A DNA stretch of 64,000 nt from Anthoceros angustus (Eukaryota > Plantae > Anthocerotophyta): NCBI GenBank assembly GCA_010909165.1, contig MU008163.1:930001-994000 (forward strand). Reading direction: 5' to 3'. Each line of letters opens with the position of its first letter. Within the stretch, counting starts at the first letter, position 1. The translations under genes and the position numbers were made by a program. The notes under the pieces are model-generated. The model was not told the DNA's origin and ran no database searches. It saw nothing but the letters and a program-made list of their open reading frames with translations. This document shows, piece by piece, positions 49,511-63,789 of this stretch.

Positions 49511-49630
49511 GGATCCTAGTTGGTACTTACATGGGATCGATCCTAGTTGGTACTTACCTGGGATCGATCCTACTTGGTACTTACCTAGGATCGATCCTAG
49601 TTGGTACTTACTTGGGATCCTACTTGTTAA
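49511..49630. repeat. 27-bp minisatellite (GGATCGATCCTAGTTGGTACTTACCTG), about 4.5 copies
   Basis: Units start at about 49534, 49561, 49588 and 49615. Palindromic core GGATCGATCC. Confidence 0.88.
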
Positions 49631-49634
49631 GTAC

Positions 49635-52600
49635 TGATGAAATAGGTCTAGATTAGGGCACTATTCATTAGGGCCTCATAACTTAAACATTATTATTTAC
49701 CTAGGGTTATTTAGGTAGTTAGTAGTTATATTAGTTATATTGGTTACAACAACTTACGGTTGCAACTACTTATGGTTGCAACCACTTATGGTTGTAACCA
49801 CCCAACTACCAGCCTATTTAAAGGCTTGTACTTTACTCATTAAACACTTACATTGTTTCTTCTTCTTCTAATCTAAGAGCTCTGATTCTCATCATGGTAT
49901 CGAGCATCGTTGCTCTCTGATGCTTATGTTTCTTATATATGAGGAGATTATTTACAAGGCACTCTTAAATCTAGCATTCGTCTAGATGGAGTGCTATTGT
50001 TCTACATTCTCTATTTCACCAATTCTTCATCTCTTCCTTTAACATGCTTATATGTTTCAATCTTCTATAATTTCTCCATGGACTTCAATTCTATTAGAAG
50101 GAGAAATGAAGGTTAAAAGGAAAGAGAATCTCATTAGGCAACAAGCTATTGAGAGTGAAATAGAACAAATCTCTTCATCTATAGCAAATTTCATTGCATC
50201 AATTTTATTTCCAAGACCGGATCAAGGGAAGCTTATCAAGTTATCAAGACGTCATTTACTTGAATACTTCAGCCCTATTCATATTAAAGCTTTGGAATTG
50301 GCCCTTAACCATATTCCAAATTTAATAATTGGATTAAGTTCTTCCGTACTCTGTTTTGACAAATAAAAATAGAATTCAAACTCCATCTCTTCATGATTTT
50401 TATAATCAATTTTCATCTCTTAAAATTCGGTCTCTAATCTTCAAACTGAATTATTTGATTTGAAATCAAAATTTTCTTTGTTTAATACTAATCAAGGATT
50501 AGAGAGTATGTCATCATCTCCAAAACAACAGCGATGGATGAATTCTATATGTGCAATAAAATTGAGCATAAGCCATCAATGCCTTTGTCCTTTAAGGACG
50601 ATTAGCTATGGGAGTGATTGAAGAAGAATTTGAAGCTACCCAAAACTCGCCTATGGGTAATGATAATGTCCATCCTCCCACACATTATCATTTTGGTGAT
50701 GGTTTCAAAGAGAAAGATAGATTCAACGGAAAGATTATGATATTTGGGCATTACGTATGAGGAGCATTGAGACAAAGAGCATTATGGGGTATTGTTGATG
50801 GATCCATAACGAGACCGAGGTCCGATGATGAACGAGAACTTGATTTCGGGACGCCGTGGATGAGAAGGCACAAGATTTATTAATAAGTGGACTCTCTCAA
50901 CAAATGGTCGCATGTTGCACGCAAAACATCTCATGAAATGTGGTCTCACCTTACTCAATTATATTCATCACAAGATGTAATGAGCATTGTGGCCTTCGTA
51001 ACTTCGTAATTTATTTATGAAAGAATCCGATACTATCGAACATCATATTAATGCTTTTAGACAAGCACGTTCCCAAGTTGAATCTGCAACTGGTGCACCT
51101 ATATCTGAGATGGAAGCTTATGTCACCCTTCTATCTTCATTGCCTCCCTCCTATCGTCCATTCATCACTACTCAAAACGCAGTTATTCGCAATTCACGGA
51201 GAACTGCAGATGATGGCACAAAGGGTTTGACATAAGTGTTTAACCCGATCGGAGCACTTCTCCGGAGGAGGCAAGTAGGCGCCATTCTCACTCCAGGCCT
51301 AATAAACAACAAGTAATGTACTTGCAGAGGGTAGAGGAAGAGGACGGGGGGAGGCCTACTCTTCCCAACGCCTCCATATTCTTCGCCAAGTACGAACATT
51401 GGAGAAAGCTCTTCATCGACACCTTCAAAGGGTAAGAAGAAGAGCGGCATTATATGCAATTGGTGTAGGATCCCTAACCATATGGAAAAGGATTGTCACA
51501 AAGAAGAATGGTGAACCTCGCAGGAGGCTTCACATGGAGTTAATGTAGCATCTAAAAAGCAAACTTCATCAACTCCAATGCTCACGTATGTTTGGCATCA
51601 TCCAAGCTCGCTAATACCTCCCGGTATTTAGACGGTGGAGCAACATCACATATATGTTACAACAAAAGTTATTTTCAATCATACTCACCAACCAGTGGCA
51701 CCAAGTCGTCCTCTTGGGAGATGATCACAACCCGCCTATCAAGGTCTGGTTACATTGTCTTGACATGTGATTCGGACAAGTCCTTCACCTCCACCAAGTA
51801 CTCCATGTTCCATTAATGTGCAAGAATTTATTATCATTGCAAGTATTTGTCAAACCCATTCCATGCGGTGACCCTTTTACGATAGTTGCTTTCTCTCTCA
51901 TGTAGGTGATAGCAATCATATTATTTGTAGTGGTACTTTAGAAGATGGCCTTTATAGATTATCTCCTAGTAGGAGGTCAACAATGCTTATGTCACCAGTT
52001 CTTCTCCACAAGTCCCTCCATCAATGTTATGGCATTGTCGCCTTGGTCACCCAAATAGTCAAAAACTCACCCGGATGTCTAAGGAAACTTTTACGAAACC
52101 CATGTCTTGCAAATGTTGGGCATTTATCACAGTGCGAAACTTGTGTCCTCACAAAGCGTCACCAAGAGCCTTTTAAAACAAATCTCCACAAAGGGCAAAG
52201 AAACCTTTAGAGATAGTGCATACTGGACATCCATGGACCTCTATCTACATCTTCCTTTAGTGGAAGTAGGTATTTTTGACTTTTATAGATGATTTTTCCC
52301 GTTTGTCTCCTCCTATGTCTTGCAACACAAGTCCGATGCTTTTCAATTTTTCAAAGATTATATGAAATGGGCGAGAGACTTACAAACCGAAAACATTACG
52401 CTCGACAATGGAGGTGAATTTACATCTAAACGATTTGAGGAGTTTTGTCGAGCAGAAGGTATTGCTCAACAACTCACTGTTGTCTATACTCCTCAACAAA
52501 ATGGGATAGCCGAAAATAAGAATCTGCGTTTACAAGAGATAACAGGTTGCTTATTAACACAGGCCAAGTTGCCTAAGGTTTATTGGGCTGAGGCCCTTCT

Positions 52601-55600
52601 TACCGCAACCTATCTTATCAATCGCTTACCTACATCGGCAGTACACGGCATGACGCCTTATGAAGCGTTTATTGGCAAGAAACCGTCCATTGATCATCTT
52701 CGTATTTTTGGATCACCGGCATATGTTTTCATTCCTAAAGCATTACGTAAGAAGTTGGATCCCAAGGCAGCCAAGTATCTTTTCATAGGATATCAAGGCA
52801 TTAAAGGGTATAAGTTATATAACCCTTCAACAAGACAACTTCTTTATGCTCGAGTGTTACATTCCATGAGTCTTACCTCTTTTCTCCAATGGGAGTTGAA
52901 GTCGTTGACTGCGATGATGCTAATGATTTTCTACATTTGATGATCCTAATCCCTTCCTTTCCTTGTCCCTACTCCTCGTGTTCCTTCTGGACCCCATGCG
53001 GAGGAGGAGGAGCCTCTTCCACCTTCATCCGATCCCCTTGAGGCCATTTCAAGATGCTATACCTCCTGCTCAAGATGATAATGATCGGTTGGAAGTCATG
53101 ATATCAAGAAATGGATCCCTTAGAACAAGAAGATGAACCAGCCTTCGTGGAAGACACACCGCACCAAGGTACAACCTTAGATCACGTCCACTCATCTCGG
53201 CCTGCTGGTTGGAAAGAACCCCTTTGGGATACCTTGCTATTTTTCCCGATTCTAATTCTCCGAGTCCCTTTATAATCAAGGCGTGTATGCATGAGACTTA
53301 GAAGAGCCTCTTACCCTAAAACAAGCCTTCTCTTCTCCTCCAAACATCTATGGAAGGAAGTCAGATTCGAGTATAATTCCCTCATTAGTAATTCTACATG
53401 GGAATTAGTTGAACCTCCTAAGGGTAGAAAAATAGTAACCAGCAAATGGGTATTTAAGATAAAGAGAAAAGGAGATGGATCCGTGGAAAGGTATAAAGCA
53501 CGCCTAGTTGCTAGAGGTTTTACCCAAAATCGGACTAGACTATATACCTTGGGCCACTTATGCTCCTGTAGCCAAGTTTGCCACTCTTCGCATGATCTTC
53601 GCTATATGTGCCCAAGACGATCTTGAACTTCATATGATGGATGTGAAGACAGATATTTGTATGGGCGCTTGAAAGAAGAAATATACATGAAGCAACGAGG
53701 GTTATGAAGTAAAAGGCAAGGAGCATTTAGTATGTAAATTGATCAAGGGTCTATATGGACTCAAGCAATCCGCAAAATTGGAACTTGACCATCCATATAC
53801 AACTCTCGAATAAGGGATTTAAGCAAAGTAAAGGCGATGCTTGCTTATATATTTACCTTAAGGAAATGATATATTTACCTTCTATTATCGTCGATGCGTC
53901 TTTATGGCAACAAACTCTCTTATTCTCCTGATAAAGCATGGCTTGGACATTATATGAAATGACCGACAGGAGAAAATGAATTATGCACTTGGTGTAAATA
54001 TTATCCGCGATAGGAGTAATAAAAAGTGAGCATAGTTCAAACCAAGTATATAAAGGAGAGTTTAGCAAAATTGGAATGGAAGATGCAAAGCGCACCCACA
54101 CCTTGCTAGTGGCATCAGCTTACGATATGAGTCCTAAGAGTGCTCAAGAGAAAATGGAGATGGCATCCGTCCCATATCGACATGCCGGCACTCTCATATA
54201 TTTAAGCAATTTTACTAGACCGATATTTCTTTTGAAGTCGGCCTCGCTCACGCTTTTGGAGAACCACGACATCAACAGGATGTCAGTTAAGCGTATTTTT
54301 CGATACCTTAAAGGGACTATGCAAACAGGGCTGACATTTAAGCATACACCAGGAATCAAAACATTAACACTTACGGCATATGCCGATGCTGATTATGCTG
54401 GTGATCCTGATACTCGAAAATCCGTATCAGGTTATGTTTTACTTCTTGGAGGAGCTCCAATATCATGGTCGAGTAAGAAACAGCCTACCATTGCCTTGTC
54501 TAAAACTGAATCTGAATATAGAGTACTAACATCTATTTCCAAGGATATAGTATGGTCTAGGCTAATTTTGAGTGAACTTAATCACCCTCAGCAAAACCCA
54601 ACATCTCTTTTAGTGATAGTCGGGCGCCATAGCACTTGCTAGAAACCATTTTCCATTCCAACCAAACACATATGTTGAGTATCACTATATCGTAGAGAAG
54701 TTGGAAGATAACACTATAGATATCACTTATATACCAACACAAAACAATCCATGATTTGTTAACTAAGTCATTAGGAGAGATTTGCATTTAAGACACATGA
54801 AAATGTTAGGTATTCAAGAGGTTTAAGTCACTAGCTAGTATGTGTCAATGTATTTTCTATAGTCCACACATCTTGTCTAGCATAGAAATTTCCTCTCCTA
54901 ACTCTATGTAGTCCTCAACATCGCTTATCCTCTCTTTCTAATACCGGAAGGATCCTACAATACACACCATGGGTTATAAAGTGAAAATGATGAAAAGATA
55001 GTACTTAAGTCGTTAGGTTACTTACATAAGTGTTTGGTGTGTCCTTCATATTTTCACATGGGAAGCACTTAACCACACATCTTAATCCCTCTCTTTTCAC
55101 ATACATACTCCATGGGAACTTCATGGTCATCCTTTCCTCCGGAAGAACCAAGTAGGTTGCCTTGCATAAGTTTCAGGTGTAGGAACTAGGAATTTTCCTT
55201 TTGCACTTGCTCTCTTGCGCATGCTTATGTTTCTTATATATGAGGAGATTATTTACAAGGCACTCTTAAATCTAGCATTCGTCTAGATGGAGTGCTATTG
55301 TTCTACATTCTCTATTTCACCAATTCTTCATCTCTTCCTTTAACATGCTTATATGTTTCAATCTTCTATAATTTCTCCATGGACTTCAATTCTATTAGAA
55401 GGAGAAAGCGAAGGTTAAAAGGAAAGAGAATCTCATTAGGCAACAAGCTATTGAGAGTGAAATAGAACAAATCTCTTCATCTATAGCAAAATTTCATTGC
55501 ATCAATTTATTTCCAAAACCGGATCAAGGGAAGCTTATCAAGTTATCAAGATGTCATTTACTTGAATACTTCAGCCCTATTCATATTAAAGCTTTGGAAT

Positions 55601-58600
55601 TGGCCCTTAACCATATTCCAAATTTAATAATTGGATTAAGTTCTTCCGTACTCTGTTTTGACAAATAAAAATAGAATTCAAACTCCATCTCTTCATGATT
55701 TTTATAATCAATTTTCATCTCTTAAAATTGGTCTCTAATCTTCAAACTGAATTATTTGATTTGAAATCAAAATTTTCTTTGTTTAATACTAATCAAGGAT
55801 TAGAGAGTATGTCATCATCTCCGAAACAGTAGCGATGGATGAATTCTATATGTGCAATAAAATTGAGCATAAGCCTTACAATGCTTTGTCCTTTAAGGAC
55901 GATTAGCTATGGAGTGATTGAAGAAGAATTTGAAGCTACCCAAACTACTATGGGTAATGATAATGTCCATCCTCCCACACATTATCATTTTGGTGATGGT
56001 TTCAAAGAGAAAGATAGATTCAACGGAAAGATTATGATATTTGGGCATTACGTGTCAGGAGCATTGAGACAAAGAGCATTATGGGGTATTGTTGATGGAT
56101 CCATAACGAGAGGTCCGATGATGAACGAGAACTTGATTTCGGGACGCCAGGATGAGAAGGCACAAGATTTATTAATAAGTGGACTCTCTCAACAAATGGT
56201 CGCATGTTGCACGCAAAACATCTCATGAAATGTGGTCTCACCTTACTCAATTATATTCATCACAAGATGTAATGAGCATTGTGGCGACTTCTCGTAACTT
56301 CGTAATTTATTTATGAAAGAATCCGATACTATCGAACATCATATTAATGCTTTTAGACAAGCACGCTCCCAAGTTGAATCATGGTGTACCTATATCCGAG
56401 ATGGAAGCTTGTCACCTTCTATCTTCATTGCCTCCCTCCTATCCATTCATCACTACTCAAAGCAGCTTATTCGCAATTCACGAGAGCTGCAGATGATGGC
56501 ACAAAGGGGTTTGACATAAGTGTTTACACGATCGGAGCACTTCTCCGGGAGGAGGCAAGTAGGCGCCATTCTCACTCCAGCCTAATAAACAACAAGTAAT
56601 GTACTTGCGGAGGGTAGAGGAAGAGGGGGCGAGGCCGAGGTTACTCTTCCCAACGCCTCCATATTCTTCGCCAAGTACGAACATTGGAGAAAGCTCTTCA
56701 TCGACACCTTCAAAGGGTAAGAAGAAGAGCGGCATTATATGCAATTGGTGTAGGATCCCTAACCATATGGAAAAGGATTGTCACAAAGAAGAATGGTGAA
56801 CCTCGCAGGAGGCTTCACATGGAGTTAATGTAGCATCTAAAAGCAAACTTCATCAACTCCAAGTGCTCACGTATGTTTGGCATCATCCAAGCACGCTAAT
56901 ACCTCCCGGTATTTAGACAGTGGAGCAACATCACATATATGTTACAACAAAAGTTATTTTCAATCATACTCACCAACCACAGGGCACCAAGCTGTCCTCT
57001 TGGGAGATGATCACAACCTGCCTATCGAAGGTACTGGTTCTGTTGTACTGACATGTGATTCTGGACAAGTCCTTCACCTCCACCAAGTCCTCCATGTTCC
57101 ATTAATGTGCAAGAATTTATTATCAGTTGCAAGTATTTGTCAAACCCATTCCATGCAGGTGACCCTTTTTACAGATAGTTGCTTTCTCTCTCATGTAGGT
57201 GATAGCAATCATATTATTTGTAGTGGTACTTTAGAAGATGGCCTTTATAGATTGTCCATCCTAGTAGGAGGTCAACAATCATGTCACCGTTCTTCTCCAC
57301 AAAGTCCCCTCCATCAATGTTATGGCATTGTCGCCTTGGTCACCCAAATAGTCAAAAACTCACCCGGATGTCTAAGGAAACTTTTAAAACCCATGTCTTG
57401 CAAATGTTGGGCATTTATCCAGTGCGAAACTTGTGTCCTCACAAAGCGTCACCAAGAGCCTTTTAAAACAAAATCTCCACAAAGGGCAAAGAAACCTTTA
57501 GAGATAGTGCATACTGGACATATGGACCTCTATCTACATCTTCCTTTAGTGGAAGTAGGTATTTTTGACTTTTATAGATGATTTTTCCCGTTTGTCTCCT
57601 CCTATGTCTTGCAACACAAGTCCGATGCTTTTCAATTTTTCAAAGATTATATGAAATGGGCAGAGACTTTAGATTACGAAAACATTACGTTACAATGGAG
57701 GTGAATTTACATCTAATCGATTTGAGGAGTTTTGTCGAGCGGAAGGTATTGCTCAACAACTCACGTTGTCTATACTCCTCAACAAAATGGGATAGCCGAA
57801 AATAAAATCTGCGTTTACAAGAGATAACAGTTGCTTATTAACACAGCCAAGTTGCCTAAGGTTTATTAATGAGGCCCTTCTTACCGCAACCTATCTTATC
57901 AATCGCTTACCTACATCGGTACACGGCATGCCTTATGAAGCGTTTATTGGCAACCGTCCATTGATCATCTTCGTATTTTTGGATCACCGCATATGTTTTC
58001 ATTCCTAAAGCATTACGTAAGTTGGATCCCAAGGCAGCCAAGTATCTTTTCATAGGATATCAAGGCATTAAAGGGTATAAGTTATATAACCCTTCAACAA
58101 GACAACTTCTTTATGCTCGAGTGTTACATTCCATGAGTCTTACCTCTTTTCTCCAACAGGGAGTTGAAGTCGTTGACTGCGATGATGCTAATGATTTTCT
58201 ACATTTGATGATCCTAATCCCTTCCTTTCCTTGTCCCTACTCCTCGTGTTCCTTGTTGACCCCATGCTGCGGAGGAGGAGGAGCCTCTTCCACCTTCATC
58301 CGATCCCCTTGAGGCCATTTCGGAAGATGCTATACCTCCTGTTCAAGATGATAATGATCGGTTGGGCGGTAATCAAGAAATGGATCCCTTAGAACAAGAA
58401 GATGAACCAGTTCTGTGGAAGACACACGCACTGGTACAACCTTAGATCACGTCCACTCATCTCGGCCCTGCTGGTTGGAAAGAACCCCTTTGGGATACCT
58501 TGCTATTTTTCCCGATTCTAATTCTCCCAGTCCCTTTATAATCAAGGCATGTATGCACCACAGACTTAGAAGAGCCTCTTACCCTAAAACAAGCCTTCTC

Positions 58601-61600
58601 TTCTCCTCCAAACATCTATGGAAGGAAGTCGTAGATTCGAGTATAATTCCCTCATTAGTAATTCTACATGGGAATTAGTTGAACCTCCTAAGGGTAGAAA
58701 AATAGTAACCAGCAAATGGGTATTTAAGATAAAGAGAAAGGAGATGGATCCGTGGAAAGGTATAAAGCACGTCTAGTTGCTAGAGGTTTTACCCAAATCC
58801 GGACTAGACTATATACCTTGGGCCACTTATGCTCACTGTAGCCAAGTTTGCCACTCTTCGCATGATCTTCGCTATATGTGCCCAGACGATCTTGAACTTC
58901 ATATGATGGATGTGAAGACACATATTTGTATGGGCGCTTGAAGAAGAAATATACATGAAGCAACGAGGGTTATGAAGTAAAAGGCAAGGAGCATTTAGTA
59001 TGTAAATTGATCAAGGGTCTATATGGACTCAAACAATCCGGCAAAAATTGGAACTTGACCATCCATATACAACTCTCGAATAAGGGATTTAAGCAAAGTA
59101 AAGGCGATGCTTGCTTATATATTTACCTTAAGGAAATGATATATTTACCTTCTATTATCGTCGATGACGTCTTTATGGCAACAAACTCTCTTATTCTCCT
59201 AGTGAGATAAAGCATGGCTTGGACATTATATGAAATGACCGACAGGAGAAATGAATTATGCACTTGGTGTAAATATTATCCGCGATAGGAGTAATAAAAA
59301 GTGAGCATAGTTCAAACCAAGTATATAAAGGAGAGTTTAGCAAAATTTGGAATGGAAGATGCAAAGCACTGCACCACACCTTTTGCTAGTGGCATACTCG
59401 ATATGAGTCCTAAGAGTGCTCAAGAGAAAATGGAGATGGCATCCGTCCCATATCGACATGCAGGCACTCTCATATATTTAAGCAATTTTACTAGACACGA
59501 TATTTCTTTTGAAGTCGGTTCACCTCGCAGTTTTGGAGAACCACAGACATCAACGGATGTCGGTTAAGCGTATTTTCGATACCTTAAAGGGACTATGCAA
59601 AGCGGTGACATTTAAGCATACACCAGCAATCAAAACATTAACACTTACGGCATATGCCGATCGATTATCTTGGTGATCACGATACTCGAAATCCGTATCG
59701 GGTTATGTTTTACTTCTTGGAGGAGCTCCAATATCATGGTCGAGTAAGAAACGACCTACCATTGCCTTGTCTAATCTTGAATCAATATAGAGTACTAACA
59801 TCTATTTCCAAGGATATAGTATGGTCTAGGCTAATTTTGAGTGAACTTAATCACCCTCAAAAAACATCTCTTTTAGTGATAGTCGGGCGCCATAGCACTT
59901 GCTAGAAACCCTTTTCCATTCCAACCAAACACATAAGAGTATCACTATATCAGAGAAGTTGGAAGATAACACTATAGATATCACTTATATACCAACACAA
60001 AACAATCCAGCTGATTTGTTAACTAAGTCATTAGGAGAGATTTGCATTTAAGACACATGAAAATGTTAGGTATTCAAGAGGTTTAAGTCGCTAGCTAGTA
60101 TGTGTCAATGTATTTTCTATAGTCCACACATCTTGTCTAGCATAGAAATTTCCTCTCCTAACTCTATGTAGTCCTCAACTGCATCGCTTATCCTCTCTTT
60201 CTAATACCCGTAAGGATCCTACAATACACACCATGGGTTATAAAGTGAAAATGATGAAAAGATAGTACTTAAGTCGTTAGGTTACTTCGTACAAGTGTTT
60301 GGTGTGTCCTTCATATTTTTCACATGGGAAGCACTTAACCACACCATCTTAATCCCTCTCTTTTCACATACATACTCCATGGGAACTTCATGGTCATCCT
60401 TTCCTCCGGAAGAACCAAGTAGGTTGCCTTGCATAAGTTTCCGGTGGCGGTAGGAACTAGGAATTTTCCTTTTGCACTTGCTCTCTCTTGAGTAGGTCGA
60501 GGGTAGGGCAAATCTCACATGGCTTGTGCCCACACTCTTATCTACACCGCAAAATAGCGAGATATTATTAGGAAAATGTTAGTTTAGTTTACGGTTTTTG
60601 GTATCATCTTTCCTACTCACTCCTTGGCTCTTCTTGTCGCTATTACATCCTCTATGCCATTTACACAAGGATGTGATCTCGGCTTGGCTACCCTCACAAA
60701 TAACCTTGAGGGTCTTCCGGTTTTATAGAGTCCTCGACTCTTCCGAATCTTCATTCATTTTGAAGTCATCATATTCGGCCTCGTTGGTGATCTTGGCTTT
60801 ATCGGATTATCTACATCCATATTTATTAGCATTTTATGCACTCAAAATTTTATGCAATTTATTTTGCAATTTATTGACTTACGATAACTTTGACTTCTCT
60901 CACAACGACCTTGGATTTTTCCACAGTCACGCAGGATATCATCCTCTTCGCCGGGTATGTCTTCACTCTTTGCAATAGGTTGATTTGTGAGAAATTGATC
61001 TTGAAGTTTGGGTCATCCGGTTCCTCCCAAGATCCGATAATGTCGGTACAACTTCATCCGGTACCACAAGTGGTGTGCACGGGCTGCCGTTTTCCTTCTT
61101 TCTTTCTTGGCAAGTATCCTCCTTGGCCACCAAGTGCTTGTTTGATTTTATGTTTCGGCACGCCTCCACCGTGGGGAGCACGGACCCTCCACTCGGCGTC
61201 AAGCTGCGTATATTTATCAAGCAACTCCAGCAATTTATTTAGCAATTTTTCAGCAATTTATTTCAATTTAGCAGCATATAAATCCAGCAAATATTTCAAA
61301 ATTTGATTCGAGGCGAGCACCTTCTTTATGCGCGGCTGGATTCTGGCCAAATTTTCGCTATTTTTCACCGATCTTGCAGCAGTTAGCGCCGAGACTTGAT
61401 CGCGGTGGATCATAGGATCGTCTAAAGCAAGCGAAATTTTTGTGGAGTGATCTCTGGCGGATCGGATCTGTGCATTTGGTGGATAAGCCTTGTGGATAAG
61501 CCGGATGGCCGCAATTTGGATGGTGGCTGGATGGCGCGAGGTCGATGGCGCGAGGCCGGATGGATGTGGATGGCGCGGCAGGATGGCGGCCCGCCGATCG

Positions 61601-62248
61601 AGATCGAGGCGGATCCGAGGATTGAGGCACCCGAGGTGCGCGGAGCCGCGGGGAGAAGACGTTTTGTCTCCCCCGTTCGTAAACCGCCGGGCCGCGGTAA
61701 ATGACGCGACCGGCCGCGTTCTGGCAGGCGGAGGGGCCGTTCGGGCTGTTATAGGCCGAAATGGGCCTATCTGTTTTAGCTTTTATTTATAGGCCATTTT
61801 GTGGCCGTCTATTTTTTTCATTTTCTTTATGCCTATATTAAGTCCTTATTTATGACTTGATTATATGTTAGATGCTTAAGTTTGTAAGACCTTTTTTAAG
61901 CAGATAACTTTAGGTTTAGTGGGAGCCTATTTAACATTTAGGCCTCATTTTAAAGGCTAAACTTCACCCCTATATTCATAGTGAGTGGGAGTGATGAAAT
62001 AGGTCTAGATTAGGGCACTATTCATTAGGGCCTCATAACTTAAACATTATTATTTACCTAGGGTTATTTAGGTAGTTAGTAGTTATATTAGTTATGTGGT
62101 TACAACAACTTATGGTTGCAATTACTTATGGTTGCAACCACTTGTAGTTGTAACCACCCTTCTGACCCTATTTAAAGGCTTGTACTTTACTCATTAAACA
62201 CTTACATTGTTTTTCTTCTTCTAATCTAAGAGCTACAGATTCTCATCA
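49635..62248 (+). mobile_element. Ty1/Copia retrotransposon of 12.6 kb with a tandemly duplicated internal gag-pol region
   Basis: LTRs at 49635-49894 and 61992-62248 (TG...CA). TSD AGTAC at 49630-49634 and 62249-62253. PBS at 49895-49905 and PPT GTGAGTGGGAG. Gag, protease (YLDSGATSH), integrase, RT and RNase H each occur twice (about 49920-55215 and 55220-60490). Confidence 0.95.
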
Positions 62249-62364
62249 AGTACCAAGTCCCATGATGGAAAATTTATGTCCTTAGAATTTCCGTCCTTAG
62301 TGGACTTCATTCAATATGCTTCTTCTTCTATCGGACGAGGTATTAGGTTCTTCTTGTTCGAACG

Positions 62365-62700
62365 GACAACTTTCGTAAAACCAAGGGTCTCTCCGTCAAT
62401 CTGTGCAAGACCAAGATCATGCGGTTCAACTCCCAACTTTCGTAAAACCAAGGGTCTCTCCGTCAATCTGTGCAAGACCAAGATCATGCGGTTCAACTCC
62501 CAGGATTACGAGGGTGAGTGCAAATTCTATTAGGATGGTCAAGAGGTGGAGATGGTATGTTCCTATACGTATCTCGGTGTCACTATTTCTGGCCCCAAGC
62601 TCAATTGGACCTCAGTCTATTGCCGCTTCTTGCGCTACCAAGGGGATGGGCTCTGTTTGTGCTTTATGTCGTGCTTCGTCCAGACTCGAGGAGTTTCGTG
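62365..62700 (+). mobile_element. LINE RT fragment (domains after YADD) with an internal duplication of about 69 bp
   Basis: KGLSVNLCKTKIMRFNS occurs twice, followed by EVEMVCSYTYLGVTI. Confidence 0.75.
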
Positions 62701-62989
62701 TCAACAATTATATTTATGTCCACTTAAGGGTGGAAAGAATTGTATGATTTTTCTTTTGAGAAACGTATAAACGAGGAACATAAATAAAGTTTGAATACAA
62801 AATATTAAGCACCCCATTTGAATGAGAGTGGCATAGCATGTGGCCATTGGAGTGAGGGCCTCTAGCATACGAGACTTAAGCGCTATGATCCCTAATCCTG
62901 TACTGCAAGATTCTCTTTCTCAAATTTATATCGTGCGCTCTTAAATTTATGTTGGACGTTTTCAACAACTTTGTTTATGTTTGAAATAG

Positions 62990-63625
62990 GGAGCAACCAA
63001 TTTCCTGACCCACATTCTATTTATGTTTGAAAAAAAGGAAGACGAATTACCTGTCTTTGATCTAAAAAAGAAACCAGTTACCTCTCTAAGAAGATGAAAT
63101 GTCCCAGACCTACAAGAAGATGAAATGTCCCAGACCTACAAGAAGATGAAATGTCCCAGACCTACAAGAAGATGAAATGTCCCAGATCTACAAGAAGATG
63201 AAATGTCCCAAACCTACAAGGAGATGAAATGTCCCAGACCTACAAGAAGATGAAATGTCCCAAACCTAAAAGAGAGACCAATTACCTATCCAAGAATATG
63301 AAGATAATGTCATCCGCATTAAGTGGGGGCATTGTGAGGTTTGAACTCGCATTCTCTGGGTCGGAATTGAAGAAGAAGGAGGAGGAGCAGCGACTAATTT
63401 CCTGACCCACATCCTATTTATGTTTGAAAAAAAGGAAGACGAATTACCTGTCCCAGATCTAACAAAAGAGACTAGTTACCTCTCCAAGAAGATGAAAATA
63501 CTGTCAACCGCGTTAAGTGGGGGCATTGTGAAGTCTGAACTCGCATCCTTTGAATCGGAATTGAAGAAGAAGGAGGAGGAGGAGGAAGTATCTTAGACCC
63601 AGCGTACCACTAGACCAATAACAAC
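62990..63625 (-). mobile_element. tRNA-derived SINE-like sequence, partly duplicated
   Basis: Minus-strand A-box TGGTCTAGTGG (63607-63617) and B-box-like GAGTTCAGAC (63533-63542). A second B-box-like GAGTTCAAACC lies at 63338-63348 within a duplicated block. Confidence 0.4.
63088..63269. repeat. 26-bp minisatellite (AAGAAGATGAAATGTCCCAGACCTAC) x7
   Basis: Units start at 63088, 63114, 63140, 63166, 63192, 63218 and 63244. Confidence 0.93.
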
Positions 63626-63789
63626 AACTTTAAATTATTTATATCCACTAAAAATGGAAGGACCATCTTGGGATAGAGATAGTACAGCGTAAAAGAGGGG
63701 AAAACCAAATACATGTACGTACGTTTGAGCTAGAAAGACAGTAACAGTTTGAGATAAAAAAGGAGGAAAAAGAAGAAAAAAAGGAGGCG

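Noticed and set aside
63088-63269. 26-bp repeats as a CRISPR array
   Set aside because: Head-to-tail minisatellite with no spacers or cas genes. The same applies to the arrays at 5770, 18466 and 49511.
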